64,000 nucleotides of DNA. It comes from Patescibacteria group bacterium (lineage in GTDB: Bacteria > Patescibacteriota > Microgenomatia > UBA1400 > PJMF01). Position numbers and translations under genes: made by a program. Position 1 is the stretch's first letter, and each line of letters begins with the position of its first letter. This document shows, piece by piece, positions 1-10,600 of this stretch. Below the pieces are notes generated by a model. The model had not been told where the DNA came from. It searched no databases and saw only the letters and a list, made by a program, of their open reading frames with translations. Where the stretch lies: positions 200,539-264,538 of the forward strand of contig BOKX01000001.1 of NCBI GenBank assembly GCA_016861205.1. Reading direction: 5' to 3'.

Positions 1-432
1 CTGGCTAGCCACGAATGGTTTTAAAGATGCAATTTTGTCCGTAGAGATACAAGCCAAATGTTCACCGAGCAAATACACGTCGGGATAGTTGGTATCCATA
101 GTTTCGGCCGCGAACCCCAAGTTTGCCGCTTTATTCAGTTGAGCGTCGTAACTACCTTGGGTCCAGATTAAAATTTCGTCACCGAGCTGTGTGAGATTTT
201 GGAGTGCAGTTTCAACATCAGGATAGGCAAAGGAAGTGCTTTCTAGATTACTCAGCACTGTTTCCACGAGCGTTTCTTTTGGAACGGGCAACTGGCATAG
301 ATTCTCCAATCTAGCGAGTGCATATTGGAGAAAGTCGATGGGGGCAATATCTTTTTGGATGCGTTGTAAGTCGGCATACCAAGACATGAGTGCTTGAGTT
401 TGACATTCGAGTTCGGCTGGCTTGAGAACCAT
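1..432 (-). CDS. hypothetical protein, partial (C-terminus runs off the window edge)
   Basis: Minus-strand frame is open from the ATG at 432-430 down to base 1 with no stop (144 codons seen). AAAGGA lies 4 nt upstream of the ATG. It is co-directional with apbE just upstream. The overlapping 69-aa ORF 252-461 in another frame is probably spurious. Confidence 0.45.
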   Translation of the reverse strand, partial: MVLKPAELECQTQALMSWYADLQRIQKDIAPIDFLQYALARLENLCQLPVPKETLVETVLSNLESTSFAYPDVETALQNLTQLGDEILIWTQGSYDAQLNKAANLGFAAETMDTNYPDVYLLGEHLACISTDKIASLKPFVASQ

Positions 433-531
433 ATGTCCTTTCTGTTCAGTTGAACAGTCATGACTATAGGGTATTCGTGCCAGACAAGCTTGACGTAGGG
501 CTGACTGTCAGCCTGACATCTAATCAGATGA

Positions 532-1401
532 CTAAAACAGCTCCCCGGTCCAGTTCGGGCTGACGTTGAGTTGATTCTCTGATGATATGACCAAGTACTG
601 GGCTGAAAACTGTTGGGCGGCAGTTGTGTAGATGGCAGCTGAACAAAGGGTCAAAACAGAGGTCATGCAATCTGCCAAACAAGCACTTGGGGCAACGGCC
701 GCTGCCCAGGCGACGCGTTGAACGGGTTGCTGGTGTGCCACATCTACCAAATGGTGCCAGCTTCCCCAGCGGCGTTTGAAAACATCTGAGACCGCCAGGC
801 CTTGGTTTTGTAACTCGACCACCCCAATCGCTCGATCAGCCTCACCTGGCCATTCAAGGGCAACTCGCCAGGCTGAGCCGTCGCGTTTGTGGGTGGCCAT
901 CATGTCTCCGCCCCCATCGACAAGGAATGATTCGAACCCGGCTGTCCTCAACTGTTGAGCCAACTGATCAATCCAAAACCCTTTGCCGGTGCCGCCCAAA
1001 TCTAAGACCACTGGACCATCGATGGTCAACGTCTGGCCTTCAATGCTCCAGACTGGCAGTGAAAATGGTTCAGTCTCGTTCTGAGGTTTAAAGCTATACG
1101 TTGGGTCGTAGCCAGCCTTTTCCAGTAAACGACCGATGGCTGGATCAAATTTACCGCCTGTTAAACTGCGGAGTTGGTCGGCTTGGGTTAACAACTCCGC
1201 TAGCATGGGTGACACCTGGTATGTGCCAGCAGTTGCCCCACGAAACTGGGAAACCTCACTGTCAGCTATAAAGCGCGAGAACTGATGGTCAAACTCTCGA
1301 CTAGTCTCGTGCAATTGGGTCCAAAGCGATTGGGGAACTTGGTCATGATCGATAGCTATCGACCACCCGGTCCCCATACTTTCAAACCGATATGTTTGCA
1401 T
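532..1401 (-). CDS. apbE: FAD:protein FMN transferase (ApbE family)
   Basis: 289 aa. The ApbE-type motif LDLGGTGKGFWID and overall ApbE-like composition are present. ATG at 1401. Confidence 0.75.
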   Translation of the reverse strand: MQTYRFESMGTGWSIAIDHDQVPQSLWTQLHETSREFDHQFSRFIADSEVSQFRGATAGTYQVSPMLAELLTQADQLRSLTGGKFDPAIGRLLEKAGYDPTYSFKPQNETEPFSLPVWSIEGQTLTIDGPVVLDLGGTGKGFWIDQLAQQLRTAGFESFLVDGGGDMMATHKRDGSAWRVALEWPGEADRAIGVVELQNQGLAVSDVFKRRWGSWHHLVDVAHQQPVQRVAWAAAVAPSACLADCMTSVLTLCSAAIYTTAAQQFSAQYLVISSENQLNVSPNWTGELF

Positions 1402-1410
1402 GGATAGTGA

Positions 1411-1836
1411 TTATAACTGTGCTTTGAGTTGGTCGAGTGACTGGTTAAACGCCGCCGTGGTCAGCGATGAGCCACCGACTTTGTCGATTTGGGACAGTTC
1501 ACTTAACTTCTTGCCTTTGAGGACGGTTGGTAGTTCACCGGCAAAACTTTGTTGGCGAATTAATGACGTGGGATTGGTGGCCAAAGTTTCCGTTTTGGCA
1601 TCGGTAATCACCCCTGTGCTATCAACCACGAGAGTGAAACCAACCTCGTCACTGCCACCAGGGTTGGTGTAACTGGTTTTGACAGAGAGTTCTTTGGTGG
1701 TAGGAGCGACTTGTGATTGTTCTTGGGTAGTTTTTTCTGACGTATCTTTGGACAAATTGGGTGGAAGCTGACAGGCTGCGAGGAAAAGCGCACAGGCAAA
1801 AATAGTAGCGATTGGGGTGAGGTTTTTGAACTGCAT
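1411..1836 (-). CDS. putative lipoprotein, hypothetical
   Basis: Signal peptide with a lipobox-like LAAC (MQFKNLTPIATIFACALFLAAC). GAAAGG sits 6 nt upstream of the internal ATG at 1836. The track start at 1854 is 6 codons further up. Confidence 0.55.
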   Translation of the reverse strand: MQFKNLTPIATIFACALFLAACQLPPNLSKDTSEKTTQEQSQVAPTTKELSVKTSYTNPGGSDEVGFTLVVDSTGVITDAKTETLATNPTSLIRQQSFAGELPTVLKGKKLSELSQIDKVGGSSLTTAAFNQSLDQLKAQL

Positions 1837-1944
1837 GTGACCTTTCTGCAACATAAAACGTGCCTAGTAGCGCACGTTCCAACAAGTATGTAATAAAAAT
1901 AACAATTGAAACTGAAAAAGAGCTGGAGTGGGTGGTGCGATACA

Positions 1945-2502
1945 ATGGGGACTGTGAGCACAACAGTGATACCCTCCAAAGTTACCCTAGTCATGGTCAG
2001 TAGTGCTGATGGGCACATCACGAAGCACGATGATGGCCGCGTCTATCTCTGGGCCTCACCTGAGGATCAAGCCCATTTTGTGGCACTCAAGGACCGGGCT
2101 GACGTGATTATTATGGGTAGTCGGACGTATTTGGCCGCGGCTGACGTGATACAGTTGCAGCCCAGCACTCTTCGAGTTGTCATGACTCAGCGGCCGGCTG
2201 AGTGGCAGGCAAAAATGGTCCCAGGGCAGCTCGAGTTTAGTGACGAAACACCAAGTGAGTTGTTACGCCGGCTGACCGAGGCTGGGTACACCCAAATTCT
2301 CTTAGTGGGAGGGAGTGTTTTGAACTCTGCTTTTTTAGCAGCCGGATTAGTCGACGACCTTTACCTGACAGTTGAACCTAAAGTCTTTGGTACGGGGAAA
2401 CATCTCGCAAGTCTGCCTCACCAGGTGCAGCTTGAGTTGCTGGAGACACAGCAGCTCAATGACCAGGGGACCCTCGTTTTGCACTACCGAGTTTTGAGAT
2501 AA
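1945..2502 (+). CDS. dihydrofolate reductase family protein (RibD C-terminal domain type)
   Basis: VTLVMVSSADGHI...LLVGGS pattern typical of the RibD_C/DHFR-like family. The track start at 1906 is TTG. ATG at 1945 is preceded by GGTGG. Confidence 0.65.
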   Translation: MGTVSTTVIPSKVTLVMVSSADGHITKHDDGRVYLWASPEDQAHFVALKDRADVIIMGSRTYLAAADVIQLQPSTLRVVMTQRPAEWQAKMVPGQLEFSDETPSELLRRLTEAGYTQILLVGGSVLNSAFLAAGLVDDLYLTVEPKVFGTGKHLASLPHQVQLELLETQQLNDQGTLVLHYRVLR

Positions 2503-3575
2503 TTGGTGAGCCGAGTTGGGATAATGTTCTTTTGGCTAGTCCTGATCCAGGGCAAATCCGCTAAGCCAACTTTCCCAACATACAGTAATTGAGCATCCCC
2601 ACCTGTGTCGAGAAATTGTTTAACTTCTTGTAAGCCTTCATAATACATAGCTTCTTTAGCGAAACAACCTGGCTGGCTGCTATCACTGTACCCACGTTTG
2701 AGTCGAAATGTTCGTTGGAAAGCAAGATCAGGAGATAGGCCAGCCGCTACCATATATTCAAAAACATCGATGAACGAAGCTTCTCTTGCTAAATGTCCAG
2801 CAAGATACTTGATGGCATGATGTTTGCGTGCCTGAGAGCCATTGTCAGCACAGTAATCTCCCAAAAACGAGGCCAGGCCTTCTTCGGTTTTTATATAAAG
2901 TGGCAGGGCTTTGGTCAGTAACATAGCGCTTTGTTGAGCAGCATTCACAGCTCTCAAGACATGACCATCAATTTCGTGAGCTAAAGTTGTATCGAGACTG
3001 CTAAAGACAAATTGTGGGTGATTTCCGATCCAGACTGTTTTATTGGTGCTTTTGACTCTGATGTAGAAATCACTCGATGTAGAAACGGCTATCTGCCAGT
3101 CGTTTATGTTGTAACGTAGCAGGTACTCCTGAATTTTTTGTATGAGCTCCATGGGCTGATATGTTTCTGATTCAGTGTCGCTCACTGGTAGTTGCGCATC
3201 CTGTTTGGCATGTTCAAGCATTATCGGCGAAAAGTGACAGTTAAAGAGTTGTTCAGAAATATGGCCAAACTCAGATTGACCGCGGTAGAGTAATAACTCT
3301 AAATAAGTCCGAACTTCAAAGTGTTTTCGAGAAACAAGCCAGGTTTCAAGGTTACTTATTTCTGGGATGTCCAGGCTGGTAACAATCCGAAGCTGCTCCG
3401 TCAATTTTTGCGTGGGTACTTCTTCATACTTGAAGACAGGATTCTGTGTTGGTTTGGCTAAAAAATCTCGACGTACCTCATCGAGATTGCTGGGGGTGAG
3501 TAGTTCTGTGATGGCTAGGTCTTGGCGAATTTTAGTTAATTGTTCGAGAACTTGGAACGGTAAGGTATTTGCCAT
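2484..3575 (-). CDS. DUF1704 / QEGLA-motif family protein
   Basis: 363 aa with HEIDGH and a TEEGLA motif, resembling the flavohemoglobin expression-modulating QEGLA family. ATG at 3575. Confidence 0.5.
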   Translation of the reverse strand: MANTLPFQVLEQLTKIRQDLAITELLTPSNLDEVRRDFLAKPTQNPVFKYEEVPTQKLTEQLRIVTSLDIPEISNLETWLVSRKHFEVRTYLELLLYRGQSEFGHISEQLFNCHFSPIMLEHAKQDAQLPVSDTESETYQPMELIQKIQEYLLRYNINDWQIAVSTSSDFYIRVKSTNKTVWIGNHPQFVFSSLDTTLAHEIDGHVLRAVNAAQQSAMLLTKALPLYIKTEEGLASFLGDYCADNGSQARKHHAIKYLAGHLAREASFIDVFEYMVAAGLSPDLAFQRTFRLKRGYSDSSQPGCFAKEAMYYEGLQEVKQFLDTGGDAQLLYVGKVGLADLPWIRTSQKNIIPTRLTNYLKTR

Positions 3576-3650
3576 GTCATGGCATTATAGCAATCTTTCG
3601 AGTTAACTTTGGCTTGGCAAAACCACATAATTCCGGCATACTAATTTTCA

Positions 3651-4355
3651 ATGCCAAGTTCACACCAACGCTGGTGGATCATTATCGGAGTAATCATAGC
3701 TGCTGTGGCTTTGGCGTTTCAGTCATTTCGATCACAATCACCGGTGATCGCTGATCATATACCTCAAGTTCCTATTGATCCTTTGGCTTTGACTGGAGAG
3801 TTTGACCCAACCCAGTTGGCGGGCACTTTTTTAGGTCATCAAGTATGGTCTCCTCCGGAGTCCAGCTATACGCATCCTCCTACCCAAGTGTTGGGTGAAA
3901 GTGACACACCAAAGCGGATTGAGGTCGACCTGAGTTCACAAAAGCTCTACGCCTACGAAGGTGATCAGAAGGTTTATGAATTTTTGGTTTCAACTGGCAA
4001 ATGGGGCCGCACACCGACCGGTACTTTCAAGATCTGGGGCAAGTTTCGAGCCACCAAAATGGAAGGTGGCAGCAAAGAGCGAAATACCTATTATTACTTG
4101 CCCAACGTGCCCTATGTGATGTTTTTTAGTAACGATGAGATTGCTGCTTCTCGTGGATTCAGCATCCACGGTACCTACTGGCACAGTAACTTTGGGACTC
4201 CGATGAGTCATGGGTGTGTGAACATGAAGACCGAAGAAGCCGAACAACTCTACTACTGGGCAAACCCAGATGTGGGTGACAAACGCTCGATCCGAGCCAC
4301 TGAGGAAAATCCAGGCACAGAGGTGATTATCTACGGGACTGCTCCCAGCACGTAA
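3651..4355 (+). CDS. L,D-transpeptidase (YkuD domain), membrane anchored
   Basis: N-terminal TM segment. Catalytic-domain hallmarks are present: LYAYEG, TPTGTFKI, the catalytic SHGCVN. Confidence 0.8.
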   Translation: MPSSHQRWWIIIGVIIAAVALAFQSFRSQSPVIADHIPQVPIDPLALTGEFDPTQLAGTFLGHQVWSPPESSYTHPPTQVLGESDTPKRIEVDLSSQKLYAYEGDQKVYEFLVSTGKWGRTPTGTFKIWGKFRATKMEGGSKERNTYYYLPNVPYVMFFSNDEIAASRGFSIHGTYWHSNFGTPMSHGCVNMKTEEAEQLYYWANPDVGDKRSIRATEENPGTEVIIYGTAPST

Positions 4356-4362
4356 GTGGATG

Positions 4363-5169
4363 CTACTCGAGCGGGTGGCCGGCGATTATTTTCTGTAGTT
4401 GAGCATGAAGTGCTGGAGCGCCAGCACAGATAGTGAAGTTGCGATTAGCTTTGGTCAGAGGCTGTGAGTAATCGATAGGTTGACCCCAGAAATCAGTGAC
4501 CACGCCACCGGCTGCTTCGATGATAGGCTGGATAGCCACATTATCCCAAATCTTGGTGGTTTGGTTGAGGAAGGCTCCGTACTTGCCGTCTGCTACATGG
4601 GCCATATCATAGGCACTATTAGTGCTGCGCAAGTTGCGAATCTGGAGAATGATCTCGCCAAGCAACTTAGCCTCTTGTTGGGTACGGCTTGGTTCCTCTT
4701 GGTGACCATCGACGCCATAGGCCACGAGGGTTTTGGGCAAATCAGCTTGCTGAGTGACACGAATTGGCTGCCCGTTGCAGGTAGCGGCTTGGCCTTGCTC
4801 AGCCAGGTATAGTTCATTAAAACTAGGTAAGCTAACACCGCCAGCAATGGGCTTAGCCCCGTCGAGTAGTCCGATCATAACACCGTAGGTGGGCAAGCCG
4901 GCCGCAAAGTTACTGGTGCCATCAATTGGGTCAACTACCCAAGTCAGCTGGTGTCCGTGGTCAATCACTCCAGCCTCTTCGTCAATAATGTTGTGTTCGG
5001 GGTAATGCTGGGTAATTTGATCGATGATAAAGCGACCAACTTCCAGGTCTGCAGCGGTCAGAACTTGATTATTATCACCGGGTTTTGGACTAGCTATGAC
5101 ATGGCCAAAATGCTCAAGTGCAATTTCATTTGCTTGGGTCAGAGTTTGAGAGATGAAGTCGAGGTACAT
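4363..5169 (-). CDS. inositol monophosphatase family protein
   Basis: WVVDPIDGTSNF motif of IMPase/SuhB-like Mg-dependent phosphatases. 268 aa. Confidence 0.8.
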   Translation of the reverse strand: MYLDFISQTLTQANEIALEHFGHVIASPKPGDNNQVLTAADLEVGRFIIDQITQHYPEHNIIDEEAGVIDHGHQLTWVVDPIDGTSNFAAGLPTYGVMIGLLDGAKPIAGGVSLPSFNELYLAEQGQAATCNGQPIRVTQQADLPKTLVAYGVDGHQEEPSRTQQEAKLLGEIILQIRNLRSTNSAYDMAHVADGKYGAFLNQTTKIWDNVAIQPIIEAAGGVVTDFWGQPIDYSQPLTKANRNFTICAGAPALHAQLQKIIAGHPLE

Positions 5170-5206
5170 GGAGCTATTCTAGCAAGCTCTGCTATGTTGT
5201 GTGTTG

Positions 5207-6049
5207 CTAATTTGAAAGACGAATCAAGACTGCGCCTATTGTGGCTAGCGCCACCGCGACCACTTTCCGTTTTAGGTCACCACTTTCTTTAAGATACAGA
5301 TGCTCTCCTAATAACAACACAATCAAAAAAGCCTCAATAATTACTAGCACTCGACTGGCTTCCCCAACAGACAAAGCACGATTCATGGCCAAGTTGGCTA
5401 GGCCACCGAAAAAGGTAGCCAGCAAAACTATACGGCCTTGTTGCTGAGCCATGGTGGTAACACGCTGGAGGGCATTTGGCATACCTACCAAGTTGATAGC
5501 AGCTGGAATCGCAAAAATAAAAAATGTTAAAGTGTCTGAGCCAAAGCCAGCGAACAAAAACTTATACAATCCAATTACCACCGCATATAAAACAGTAGCA
5601 GCCAGTGTTAGCAAAACACCTTGCCTTGAGTCAATTTTGGTTGACCGAAAATAAATAACAACGCCCGCAGCTATGGTCAACAGTGTGCCGAGAACTTTCC
5701 AGAGTGTTAGTGACTCACCAAGCCAGATTACACCAATAATCAGTATCCATAGTAAGCGAAACTTTGTAACTGAGCCTTGAATTGATGCTTCTAGGATATT
5801 GGTGGCTCGAAAGTTGAGATAGTTTTGAATGACAATTAAGACACAGACTAGTCCTAAAAGAACCCAGTGAATTGGTTGTGAACTGAGCTGCGGCCGCGTG
5901 ACCATGAATGGTAGCGCAGTTAAGGCGCCAACTGCACTAAAATAAAACGAAAAAGCCCAGGCATCTTGATTGCCTTTGAGAGTTGCTCGGGTTAACAAAC
6001 CTTGTAGTGTGTAAAGTCCACCAGCCAAAAGCGCTAAAAATAACCACAT
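5207..6049 (-). CDS. EamA/DMT-family transporter
   Basis: 280 aa with about 10 hydrophobic segments and duplicated EamA-like halves. Confidence 0.65.
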   Translation of the reverse strand: MWLFLALLAGGLYTLQGLLTRATLKGNQDAWAFSFYFSAVGALTALPFMVTRPQLSSQPIHWVLLGLVCVLIVIQNYLNFRATNILEASIQGSVTKFRLLWILIIGVIWLGESLTLWKVLGTLLTIAAGVVIYFRSTKIDSRQGVLLTLAATVLYAVVIGLYKFLFAGFGSDTLTFFIFAIPAAINLVGMPNALQRVTTMAQQQGRIVLLATFFGGLANLAMNRALSVGEASRVLVIIEAFLIVLLLGEHLYLKESGDLKRKVVAVALATIGAVLIRLSN

Positions 6050-6682
6050 TTAGTCTTTCTTAGCTAGAATCACTACCCAGTCTTGGTCACGAGAAATCAT
6101 GTTTCTGGCTTGACCATTGAAGTCATACGCCTCGGTGATCCGGAAACCTGCATCACGGACGAGCAATTGCAGTTCATCAAGCGTGAAGAACGTGAAGTAA
6201 CGAGTCAACTTTTGGTCAAATGGGACGGGTTGGGTGCCTTCTCCTTCGCCAGCTTTGGTTTGAATAAAGAGTTTGCCGCCTGGTTTGAGAATGTTTGCAA
6301 AAGACTTCAGGACGTGCGGAATGTCGGCTCGGTCTAAGTGCAGCAGTGCTGCCTTACACCACACACCATCGAACGTGTCTGATGGGAAATCAATGTTAGT
6401 TAGGCTCATGACTTGCGTCGGCACTTCGGGGTGTAGACGCTGAGCTTCAGCCAGTAAACCTTCCGACAAATCAATGCCAAGTGCTCGGTACCCTTTGCTG
6501 ATCATATAGGCAGCGTCACGGGCTGAGCCGCAGCCCGCATCAAGAATGTACCCGCCAGCCGGGACACCTTTGAGAAAGGCATCCAGTTCAGTGGTGTCTA
6601 GCTTCCGCTCAAAGTGCTGCACAAACTGAGCCGCATGCTGGTTGTAGACATCGTTGGTGGAGGCAAACTTATCGGTGTTCAT
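6050..6682 (-). CDS. class I SAM-dependent methyltransferase
   Basis: Motif I LDAGCGSARDA and a methyltransferase-type fold pattern. Adjacent to the preceding gene. Confidence 0.75.
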   Translation of the reverse strand: MNTDKFASTNDVYNQHAAQFVQHFERKLDTTELDAFLKGVPAGGYILDAGCGSARDAAYMISKGYRALGIDLSEGLLAEAQRLHPEVPTQVMSLTNIDFPSDTFDGVWCKAALLHLDRADIPHVLKSFANILKPGGKLFIQTKAGEGEGTQPVPFDQKLTRYFTFFTLDELQLLVRDAGFRITEAYDFNGQARNMISRDQDWVVILAKKD

Positions 6683-7206
6683 AGTTGGGTGGGAACCATC
6701 ACTCGCTCTGTTTTGAGTGTGGTCAAGTCAAGAAGCACAAAACTACTTTCCTCGTCGGCTGCTTGTGGTAACCATTTATCTTTGGTAACAGTGTTGCCTG
6801 GATTGATGAAGAGTGACGAACCGTGCGGTACAACGCGATATTGATGGTCATGTCCACCGATGCAGACATCAAACTCGCCGCCTTTGGCGACCGACTCACT
6901 CATACTAGAGTAGTGATTCATGAACAGTTTTTTGCCTTCCAGCTCGAGACGCATTTCATGCAGATGACAGGTCAAGTTCTTTGCTTCAGCCGATCGGCGA
7001 ATGGCGATAGCCTGTTCCCCATCATTGTTGCCAAACACGAAGTGGAGGTGGCCCTGGTAGTGGTCGCGAAAGCGGAAGAGAATCCCTGGGTTAATCATGT
7101 CCCCTGCGTGAAGGGCAACCTCAATATGATGCTCGTTGAGGTACTCGATGATCCAGACTATAGCCGGCGTGTTGTCGTGGGTGTCTGAGAGGATGGCGAT
7201 GGTCAT
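6679..7206 (-). CDS. metallophosphoesterase (YfcE/MJ0936 family)
   Basis: ILSDTHDN...GD...GNND...GGHDH metal-binding motifs. Start overlaps the downstream gene's stop by 4 nt. Confidence 0.75.
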   Translation of the reverse strand: MTIAILSDTHDNTPAIVWIIEYLNEHHIEVALHAGDMINPGILFRFRDHYQGHLHFVFGNNDGEQAIAIRRSAEAKNLTCHLHEMRLELEGKKLFMNHYSSMSESVAKGGEFDVCIGGHDHQYRVVPHGSSLFINPGNTVTKDKWLPQAADEESSFVLLDLTTLKTERVMVPTQL

Positions 7207-7589
7207 GAAGTGGCTTTCTTGTACGCAACTACACTCATTTCAATACTAGCACCAAGGGGCAATGCTTTGACACAGATCGCTTCGCGGACCGGAAAAGGTT
7301 CGCTGAAGTATGTCACATAGTGTTTATTTATTGTTGGCAGTATGGAGATGTCGGTGACATAGAGTGTCACTTTGACGACATCAGATAAGGTCGCCCCTGC
7401 AGCTTCAAGCACAGTTTGAATATTGAGCATAACCTGGCTGAGTTTTTCTTCTGGTGTGCCGTCAATAACCTTGCCATCTGGCGTCATGTGGATAAAACCA
7501 GCTGTGTAGATGAAGTCCCCTACCACAATTGCTTGCGACAGGAGCCCTGGAGCACTTTGGGCGTTGGGGGTTTTGATTTCTTGTTTCAT
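7203..7589 (-). CDS. ridA: RidA family enamine/imine deaminase (YjgF/TdcF)
   Basis: 128 aa, typical RidA length and sequence pattern (TAGFIHMTPDGK...VKVTLYV). Confidence 0.75.
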   Translation of the reverse strand: MKQEIKTPNAQSAPGLLSQAIVVGDFIYTAGFIHMTPDGKVIDGTPEEKLSQVMLNIQTVLEAAGATLSDVVKVTLYVTDISILPTINKHYVTYFSEPFPVREAICVKALPLGASIEMSVVAYKKATS

Positions 7590-7604
7590 ACGGATCTCAT
7601 TATT

Positions 7605-10600
7605 TCAATTTGTTGAACTTATTACAGCATCAATTTTATGCATCAGTTCCTCTGTACGTTTTAAAACAGCAATCATAATTTGGTAGTGGGCCAGATCATT
7701 AGCATCTAGTTTTTCACCTTTACGATCCTTCAACCATCTCTGTGCTGGCTGATAGCCACCGATAAACATTTTCCATGCGATGTGGCTCACATTGCCAAAG
7801 TACTGCTCATCATTGATCCAAACTCGCTGTGTTGCTGGTTCAAACTCATATTTAGCTACAGTGTTGTCACCAGTGATGGGATAGGTAGTTTCAATGGTAA
7901 GCTGGTTCGTTGCTTCGAGTAGATGTAATTTGCGTAATTGAGTGCCTAGTTCGACGATTTGCCAAAATTGATTGGCTGATTTTGGCCATGGCACACGAGG
8001 AAAGTCGGTTTTCAGAAAAGGTGCAAACTTGGCTCGGTAGGAAGGTGAATGGAGGTAACCGTAAACATAGTCAAGCACTTCCTCCGCGGTAGTGTTTTTG
8101 CCAGCGATGTTTGATAGTTTAGTCCAGATATTGGGATCAAGATTGGCTTGTTTGGTGCCATCAGGATAGTAAATATATAACGGCGCAACGGGTGCCCCGT
8201 TCCCAACCCGCGTGGCCATGTAACCAAACTCGGTAACATGTCTGGTTACTTGCACGTCATTCCAGGCATATGAACCTGTTACTGTACGAGAAAAACCAAT
8301 GCCAATATTGTCTCCTGCTAAGAATTGAGACATAACTTTGTGTCGAGGTCGCCAAATCAGGTTACCATCAAAGTAGGTGTAGCGGAGATCAAACGGTCTA
8401 TAAAGTATGGGAACAATTTTCTGTTGATCAAACTCTATTTTTGCTTTGTTAGTGTTTATCCACTGACCATAATTTTTACCTAGGCCAAACTGTGTTTTTA
8501 GCTCTTCAGCTGAAATTTGCTGGTTTAAAAAGTTTGTAATGTTGGAAGTCAGTTCTGATTTATGTTTTGCAATAGCGAATGTATCACCCATTGTGACGAT
8601 GCCAGTGGTGTTCAATGGAAAGAGCTCTGCCAAGTTAATTCCTGTAGTGTAGTCACTTTTGCCAGCAACTTCAGGCAACCAAGTTTCGACTTCAGGTTTT
8701 AATTCTTCCCAGGCCACATCAGTTAATGACGCTGTATTGAGGAATGCGAGCTTTTCTTTTCTCAGACCAAACTGATTGGCTTTGTAAACGGTGGCTAACT
8801 TCTTTTTGGGTTTACTATTTTGACGTTTCACCCCGATTAAAATAGAGACCCCAGTTTTAATATCAAAGACGTTTTCATCCTTGCTACCATCAGGCGCCGT
8901 TTCCTTTTTGTTACTATTGCCGTGCAAATCAAGGACATAGATTTCATCGAATGTGTTTCGCAAGTGCCATCGCATACCCCTGAAAGTTACATTATCGATG
9001 TATCCATGCGCGGTAATCATGGCTACGATACCATTGCCATTTTTTTCAATCATTGTTTCGGCGAATCGAATAAACTTCACATAGTCATCATTTAGCCAGT
9101 GTTTGCGTTCTTGTAATTTTTGATGACCACCGGGCTCTACACGGTATGCGTCACTTTCTGTGTAGAACATATTTTGCGATACACCTGAGTATGGTGGGTT
9201 TCCAATAACTACCATAACAGGGACCTCACTTTTGATGCGGGAAGCTTGTCGGCTTTCTTCAGCAATACTGTCGAGCAAGCCAAACAAAGCTTGCTGGGGT
9301 GCGTAATCAACGGGTTTTTCTAAAGTGTTTGTTAAATAGATTCCCAGGCGACCAGGAAAATCTTTGACTCCTGTTTGTCGTAGAGTTAAACCAAGCTTTA
9401 AATGAGCAATGGTATATGAAGCCATCATTAACTCAAAGCCGTGAAGTCGTGGCAGCAATTCTGTGGCGGCATAGGTGGGCCATAAACCTTCTTGACCGGC
9501 AAATTGCTGATGAATATGCTGGACGACTTCATTCAAAAAAGTGCCAGTGCCGGTGGCCACGTCCAAAACTTGAACGGTGTGGTACTCCTTGTTGCCTTTG
9601 ACAATTTTACCTTTGGCGTTTTGAAGATCGGCTCGAATACTCCGTTTGGAGGAATCGGCTAGACCCTTGTTCAGCCCGAATTCTGTTTTGAGCAACTCGT
9701 CAACAGCACGCACAATAAACTTCACCACTGGCTGAGGTGTGTAAAACACACCCATTTCTACTTTTTTAGCCGCGTCATACTCGCTCAAAAAATCTTCATA
9801 AAAATGAATAATCGGATCTTTTTCATCAAAATTTTCTGTTTGACTTTTTGAGTAGTAACTACTGATGAGTGCATTCACATCTGCGTGCGAGAAAACGTCA
9901 CACAACTCTGTCACAATAACATCTAGGCGAGGTGGGAAGTTGGCCCCCGCAATATGATCGAAGAAATGTCGCAAGAATGGATTGCTGGGAGGAACCAGGT
10001 CGCGCGCTTCTTGGCGAGTGAAACTCTCAAGGGTGCTGTCTTGATAGCGGGCTGCAAACAATCCATAAACTAATGTTTGCGCGTACATGTCAGCGAAGTG
10101 TGGTATATCAAGCTCAGCTACTAGGTGATCCTGGATGACTTGTTTGAGTTTGTAGAGTGAGGCATTTTTTTCATTTGGTTGAGCAAGAAAGGCTATGACG
10201 TTTTCTCTGATACGTTGTGCTTTGCCACCCATGATTTTGGCGAGATGTTTACCTGATTTGATAGGTTCTTTTTGCGAAAATACGAAGTCTGTTAGAGTTC
10301 GGGCTAACCGCTCACCTTGCTCAGGGTGAGGCTGAACGGTTTGTGTGCCGTGATGGTAGGTTCCAAGACTGATGCTTTCATCGTACGGGTGACCATTTCT
10401 GAAAAGATAGAATGTTAAGTAATCAGTGATGACCAGATTGGTATAACCAAAATAGCGCGTCGCTTGATCGGACTTCGCAATTTTTTCGAGATCAACACCG
10501 ACTTTTTTAACTTCAATATAGAGCAGGGGAATTTTATTCCGAGAGATAACGAAATCGGGTTTGTTGCCATCAATACTGCGTTGATCATGTTGTACGAGGT

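Noticed and set aside
252-461. 69-aa minus-strand ORF from the track
   Set aside because: A longer, SD-preceded open frame (432 down to the window edge) occupies the same DNA in another frame. The 69-aa ORF is probably a shadow ORF.
776-958. 60-aa plus-strand ORF inside apbE
   Set aside because: It is antisense to a well-supported ApbE gene with no independent signals. The same applies to the many 60-130-aa antisense ORFs inside RM, pip, RND, pyk, eno, proS, secA, lysS, kor and atp genes (e.g. 20059-20466, 28256-28726, 43139-43540, 60417-61095).
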